A DNA stretch of 64,000 nucleotides, from NCBI GenBank assembly GCA_965249725.1, contig CBDFMQ010000002.1, positions 2,592,001 through 2,656,000 on the forward strand. Reading direction: 5' to 3'. Under the pieces are notes generated by a model. That model saw nothing but the letters and a program-made list of their open reading frames with translations. It searched no databases and was not told the DNA's origin. This DNA comes from Longimicrobiales bacterium (GTDB taxonomy: Bacteria > Gemmatimonadota > Gemmatimonadetes > Longimicrobiales > Gaopeijiaceae). Each line of letters opens with the position of its first letter. Within the stretch, counting starts at the first letter, position 1. Both the position numbers and the translations under genes were made by a program. Shown piece by piece: positions 59,448 through 64,000 of this stretch.

Positions 59448-59477
59448 AATATAGGCTGGGCTCCTTGCGTCTGTCCA
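59448..59477 (-). promoter_or_regulatory. Sigma70-like promoter for the ncRNA
   Basis: TGGACA-18 nt-TATATT, ~7 nt upstream of the predicted 5' end. Confidence 0.5.
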
Positions 59478-59762
59478 CAAGCGACAGCGGAAGCAGGAGT
59501 CGCGCAGTGCATCGTTTCCGCCCTGCTTCGAGCCGGTCCTAGGGTAGGCACTTTTTGCCGTTCTTGACTAGAAACTTCCTGCCGGTCCCCACCCGACACC
59601 ACTGCCCTCTCGCGACTGTCCGGTACCTGTAACGATGTGTTTTATAACCACTTACGCTGTTTTCCACGACCCGGTGGACCTGATCCGAACGGGACGGCAC
59701 GGCTCTTTCATTAGTGATCTCTAGAACGCGCACGACGATCGCTCTGATTGAGGCATAGAAAA

Positions 59763-60224
59763 ATGAGAACGCGCATACATGCAGATGGCTGGCTAGACGT
59801 ATCGGACCGGCGCCGAGTAAGGATGCCGGGCGATCATGAAGTGTCCGTTGATCCGGCGCCCGAGGCAGAAGCCCTCGCGTTTCTTCTCTCGCACAGCTTT
59901 CCTGGCCACCGCAGGGTGGTCCGGTCCATGAGCGAGGCAGACCGCAAGCTGCTCCAACTGGCCATGTGGGCCGATTCGGTGAGTGAGCGCATGGGACTGG
60001 TCGATCGGGTCTGGCGTCGAATCACAGAGGCTGTATCCCCCCCCAACAATCCGGATCGGCCAGAGCTGATCCAAGTGGTACGGTTCGGAAGCGCTTGGGC
60101 GTATCCGCTCTACCTGGACGGATCGGTTACTCGCGTGCTTCCTAACGGCGGAGTACCGGTGCCGATGAAGAACAAGGAATTCCGGCGCCGGGAGCTACAA
60201 CTCAATCTGGACAATAACGCGTAG
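59763..60224 (+). CDS. Hypothetical protein
   Basis: 153-aa ORF with GAGG upstream; no recognised motif. Confidence 0.65.
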   Translation: MRTRIHADGWLDVSDRRRVRMPGDHEVSVDPAPEAEALAFLLSHSFPGHRRVVRSMSEADRKLLQLAMWADSVSERMGLVDRVWRRITEAVSPPNNPDRPELIQVVRFGSAWAYPLYLDGSVTRVLPNGGVPVPMKNKEFRRRELQLNLDNNA

Positions 60225-60340
60225 TCAGTTAGCGGGCTGAGCCCGGCGTGTCGACTACGTTGCTGTGCTGCTGACTCCCTCGAGGCAAGGGCTGATGTGG
60301 CCGGTGCGGAGTAGGCACGTCGGGTGACCTGGGCCCGGGC

Positions 60341-61738
60341 CTACCCTTCGGGGAGCCCGGGCTCTGTCATTTTCCGCACGTCGAGGGCCTCGTCCACTTT
60401 GTCGGGACTGATCAGGTCGAGTTTCTCTACGACCTCGCGCACGGACACGCCGTCTCGCGCAGCCTCCTTAGCGACCTCGGCGGCCTTGTCGTATCCGATG
60501 TAAGGATTGAGCGCCGTAGCGATCGAAGGGTTCCTCTCGAGCAGCTCCCGCGTTCTCTCCTCGTTCACTTCGATGCCTGCGACGCACCGGTCCGTGAAGG
60601 TCGTTGCCATGTTTGCCAGAAGCGTTACGGACTCCAGCAGCGCGTGGGCCATCACCGGCATCATGACGTTGAGCTCGAAGTTGCCGCGCTGGCCTGCCAC
60701 AGTCACGGTCGTGTGGTTCCCCATCACCCGAGCGGCCACCATCATCATCGCCTCGGACATGACCGGGTTCACCTTGCCGGGCATGATCGAGCTCCCGGGC
60801 TGTATCGCGGGAATTCGGATCTCCGAGATTCCCGAGGTCGGGCCACTGGCCAGCCACCTGAGATCATCGGAGATCTTGAAGAAGCTGACCGCGATCGTGT
60901 TGAGCGTTCCGGCTGCATCGACCACGGCGTCCTTGGCGGCCTGAGCCTCGAAGTGATTCTCCGCTTCACGGAACTCGAGCTCCAACTCTGCGACAATCCT
61001 GGCGATCGTCTTCGAGGCGAACTCCGGATGCGTGTTAATCCCGGTACCCACGGCGGTTCCGCCCAGAGCCAGCTCGGCGAGGCCCGCCGACGCGCCACGT
61101 ACTCGCTCGATACCCTTGGTCAGCTGGTGGGCATAGCCACCGAACTGCTGACCTAGTCGAATGGGGGTGGCATCCATCAGGTGCGTACGGCCCGACTTGA
61201 GCACGTGATCAAAGGCCTCGGCCTTGGCCGCTAGAGCGTCCCGGAGGTGAGTGAGCGCAGGGATCAGATCTCGCTCCATCGCAACGCGGGCGGAGATATG
61301 GATTGCCGAGGGGATGGTGTCGTTGGAGGACTGGCCGAAATTCACGTGGTCGTTCGGGTGTACCCGACCCGCTTCCCCACCGAGGATCTGATCGGCCCGA
61401 TGCGCCACGACTTCGTTGGCGTTCATGTTGGTCGAGGTGCCGGATCCGGTCTGGTAAATGTCCAGCACGAACTCGCCATCCCACTTGCCGCCCGCCACCT
61501 CGTCGGCGGCTGACGCGATCGCCTCGGCGATCTCGGCATCCAGGTGGCCGAGCTCCAGATTCGTCAGCGCCGCGCCCTTCTTGATGAGCCCCATCGCCTG
61601 GATGAAGCCTCGTCCGAAGCGCTGCCCGCTGATCGGGAAATTCTCGAACGCTCTCTGGGTCTGCGCCCCGTACAACGCAGCGCTGGGCACCTGCACCTCG
61701 CCCAGGGAGTCTCTTTCAGTGCGATAACCGTCGGACAT
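60341..61738 (-). CDS. fumC: Class II fumarate hydratase
   Basis: QTGSGTSTNMN, HPNDHVN, GRTHLMDA, GSSIMPGKVNP. Confidence 0.95.
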   Translation of the reverse strand: MSDGYRTERDSLGEVQVPSAALYGAQTQRAFENFPISGQRFGRGFIQAMGLIKKGAALTNLELGHLDAEIAEAIASAADEVAGGKWDGEFVLDIYQTGSGTSTNMNANEVVAHRADQILGGEAGRVHPNDHVNFGQSSNDTIPSAIHISARVAMERDLIPALTHLRDALAAKAEAFDHVLKSGRTHLMDATPIRLGQQFGGYAHQLTKGIERVRGASAGLAELALGGTAVGTGINTHPEFASKTIARIVAELELEFREAENHFEAQAAKDAVVDAAGTLNTIAVSFFKISDDLRWLASGPTSGISEIRIPAIQPGSSIMPGKVNPVMSEAMMMVAARVMGNHTTVTVAGQRGNFELNVMMPVMAHALLESVTLLANMATTFTDRCVAGIEVNEERTRELLERNPSIATALNPYIGYDKAAEVAKEAARDGVSVREVVEKLDLISPDKVDEALDVRKMTEPGLPEG

Positions 61739-61814
61739 GCCTTGCCTCGTGGTTGTGGCGTGATCATCTCACGGTCTGACATACCCCGAAGCTACGGCAT
61801 CGCACCGCGATCCG

Positions 61815-62534
61815 TCAGCGCTTGGGCGGACGGCTGGGCCGCATCTCGACTCGGCTGACGTGAGAGTTCGCGGGATACGACAGGAGGTGTAGGGCCGCAG
61901 CGGCCACATCGTCCGCACCCAGGGCCCACTCCCGCTCCGGACCAACCTCGTGATCGGAAAACGTCGTGTTCACGCTCCCAGGCATGATGATGCTCACCCG
62001 AATCCCCGAATGGCGCAGATCCAACATCATGGCCTCGGTCATGCCCAACAGACCGAACTTGCTGGCGTTGTAGCCAGTGCCGCCGGCAAACGCATTGCGC
62101 GAGGCGAGTGAGCCGATGTTGATAATCCACCCCTCCGTGGCCTTCAGGTGTGGCACCGCCGCCTTCGAGCAGCAGAACACGCCTCGGAGGTTGGTATCGA
62201 TCTGGCTTTGCCAGTCGTCCAGCGAGAGATCCTCGATGGAGCCGAACAACCCCACGCCCGCGTTGTTGACCAGCACGTCGAGGCGCCCCAGCTCCTGCAC
62301 GGCGGCTTCGATGAGTCGGTCACACTCGTCGGCCCGACTGACGTCCGCGGCGATCCCCACCACCCGCCCGGAGCTGGCGCCGTCCACCTCGGCGGCAACC
62401 TGCGAGACGTCCTCAGCCGTGCGAGCACTCACCGCCACGTCGGCACCCGCGCCTGCGAGGGCTTCGGCGACGGAGCGGCCGATGCCCTTCGTACCTCCGG
62501 TTACGACGCAGGCCTTACCTATGAGATCCACCAC
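61815..62534 (-). CDS. SDR family oxidoreductase
   Basis: TGGTKGIG, NNAG, YNASK. Confidence 0.9.
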   Translation of the reverse strand: MVDLIGKACVVTGGTKGIGRSVAEALAGAGADVAVSARTAEDVSQVAAEVDGASSGRVVGIAADVSRADECDRLIEAAVQELGRLDVLVNNAGVGLFGSIEDLSLDDWQSQIDTNLRGVFCCSKAAVPHLKATEGWIINIGSLASRNAFAGGTGYNASKFGLLGMTEAMMLDLRHSGIRVSIIMPGSVNTTFSDHEVGPEREWALGADDVAAAALHLLSYPANSHVSRVEMRPSRPPKR

Positions 62535-62537
62535 CGC

Positions 62538-63539
62538 CTAGTCCCCGGCCACGGCACCTGAGGTGACGCTCTCGACCCCTCCGTGCGCCAACCAGCGCTC
62601 CGCATCGAGCGCCGCCATGCATCCGGTTCCGGCAGCGCTGATCGCCTGCTTGTAGTAGTCGTCCATCACGTCACCGGCAGCGAAGACGCCCGGCACAGAT
62701 GTCTCGGTGCGCCACGCAACGGGCGTCTCGACCCATCCGTTGGGCGTGAGCTCGACTTGGCCGTCCAGGAACTCGGTGTTGGGCGTATGACCGATCGCCA
62801 CGAACAGCCCGCCCACCTCGAGACGACGCGCCTCACCCGTCTGCGTGCCCTCGAGCATGACCGCGGTGATCACATCGTCACCCTCGACATCCGTCACGAC
62901 CTGATTCCACTCGAAGCGGATCCTCTCTTCGGCGAACGCCCGGTCCTGCATGATCTTCGAGGCCCGGAGCTCGTCGCGGCGATGCACGACCACGACGTCC
63001 TTGGCGAACTTGGCCATATAGAGGGCATCCTCCATAGCGCTGTCTCCACCCCCGACGATGGCGATCACCTGATCACGGAAGTGGGGGAGCGCACCGTCGC
63101 ATACGGCACAGGCCGAAACCCCTCCGCCACTCTGGGCCAAACGCTCCTCGTTAGGGAGTCCGATCCACTGAGCGTTGGCGCCCGTAGCAATGATGACCGT
63201 GTCACTCTCGATCTCGGTTCCACCACTGGTCGTGAGCAACAGCGGACGCACCGAGAAGTCGACCTTCACCACATCCTCGGTGACCACCCGCGTATCGAAG
63301 CGGACCGCTTGGGCCTTGAATTGGTCCATCATCTCGATTCCCGTGATCCCCTCGGGAAAACCCGGATAGTTCTCTACCTCGGTGGTATACATCAACTGTC
63401 CACCGGGAATCATGGTCCTGCTTCCGGCGCCCTCGACCACGAAGGGGTGCAGGCTCGCGCGGGCGGCGTAGATGGCGGCGGTCCAGGCCGCGGGGCCCGA
63501 CCCAATGATGACGACTTGTTCGCTTTGACGTTCAGGCAT
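62538..63539 (-). CDS. trxB: Thioredoxin-disulfide reductase
   Basis: GSGPA, CAVCDG, GGGDSAME, FAAGD. Confidence 0.95.
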   Translation of the reverse strand: MPERQSEQVVIIGSGPAAWTAAIYAARASLHPFVVEGAGSRTMIPGGQLMYTTEVENYPGFPEGITGIEMMDQFKAQAVRFDTRVVTEDVVKVDFSVRPLLLTTSGGTEIESDTVIIATGANAQWIGLPNEERLAQSGGGVSACAVCDGALPHFRDQVIAIVGGGDSAMEDALYMAKFAKDVVVVHRRDELRASKIMQDRAFAEERIRFEWNQVVTDVEGDDVITAVMLEGTQTGEARRLEVGGLFVAIGHTPNTEFLDGQVELTPNGWVETPVAWRTETSVPGVFAAGDVMDDYYKQAISAAGTGCMAALDAERWLAHGGVESVTSGAVAGD

Positions 63540-63560
63540 GGTTCTCGTCCATTCAGCCCT

Positions 63561-64000
63561 CTACTTGTCTTTGAAGATGGCCAGGTTCGTGGAGTGGCCG
63601 GGATTCACGCGAGCCTCGGGATCCAAATAGTGCGCAGCGTTGTTCACGGCGATGGCGGCTTCGGCGTATCCGGTGGCGATGAGATCGATCTTGCCGGGAT
63701 ACGACACGACGTCCCCGGCCCCGTAAACGCCGGGGATCGACGTCTGCATGAGTTGACTCACCACGATCCTGTTCTTGTCGAGCTCCAGACCCCACGACTT
63801 GATGGGACCGAGATCGGGCTTGAACCCAAGGAAGCACAGCACCGCGTCGACATCTAGGTGCAGGTCCTCATCTGTGCGGTTGTCGTAGATGGTCGCGGAC
63901 TCGACGGCTTCGCCTCCACGGATCTCTCGGACCTCGTAGAAGGTCCTCAAATCGATCTCCCCTGACGCATGGGCTGCATGCAGCTGCGCGATCGACGCCT
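63561..64000 (-). CDS. TrxB-like ferredoxin-NADP+ reductase, 3' part (runs off the window)
   Basis: GVYGAGDVVSYPGKIDLIATG, PGHST tail. Confidence 0.8.
   Translation of the reverse strand, partial: ASIAQLHAAHASGEIDLRTFYEVREIRGGEAVESATIYDNRTDEDLHLDVDAVLCFLGFKPDLGPIKSWGLELDKNRIVVSQLMQTSIPGVYGAGDVVSYPGKIDLIATGYAEAAIAVNNAAHYLDPEARVNPGHSTNLAIFKDK

Noticed and set aside
59075..59602. Rieske gene or metabolite riboswitch upstream of cytochrome b
   Set aside because: No CxHxxC motif in the minus frames; no riboswitch consensus recognised; a 6S-like fold fits better
4865..63857. Long antisense ORFs (e.g. 4865-6181, 29697-30809, 37896-39323, 50809-52305, 62583-63857)
   Set aside because: Shadows of real genes, expected with high-GC codon bias; no motifs

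Overview
GC-rich bacterial window; gene style suggests Gemmatimonadota or similar (inference only). About 2590-12020 is a decayed accessory island at the 3' end of a tRNA-Lys(CTT). It holds a minus-strand array of three long (~169 bp) attC-like integron sites with no integrase in the window. Gene cassettes lie between the sites (NTF2-like protein, tandem-cupin lipoprotein, FGE/hydrolase fusion, VOC protein). An intact IS3-type element sits inside one site, two IS30 remnants end at the R'' core of two further lost sites, and a low-GC SnoaL/SDR patch carries gene-fragment scars. The rest (12.1-64 kb) is mostly housekeeping: acyl-CoA dehydrogenase, IDH-family dehydrogenase, msrB, ilvE, ggt, a PhoBR-like pair, a LeuA-like enzyme, an ABC/transglutaminase/macro/TPR/cutA/FadD run, folE-queD-folM-folK-folB, a frameshifted MATE transporter, peptidases including an M28-M14 fusion, a BamA/TolB-like protein, an orphan cytochrome b, a probable 6S RNA, fumC and trxB. 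All calls come from reading motifs by eye; no database searches were run.
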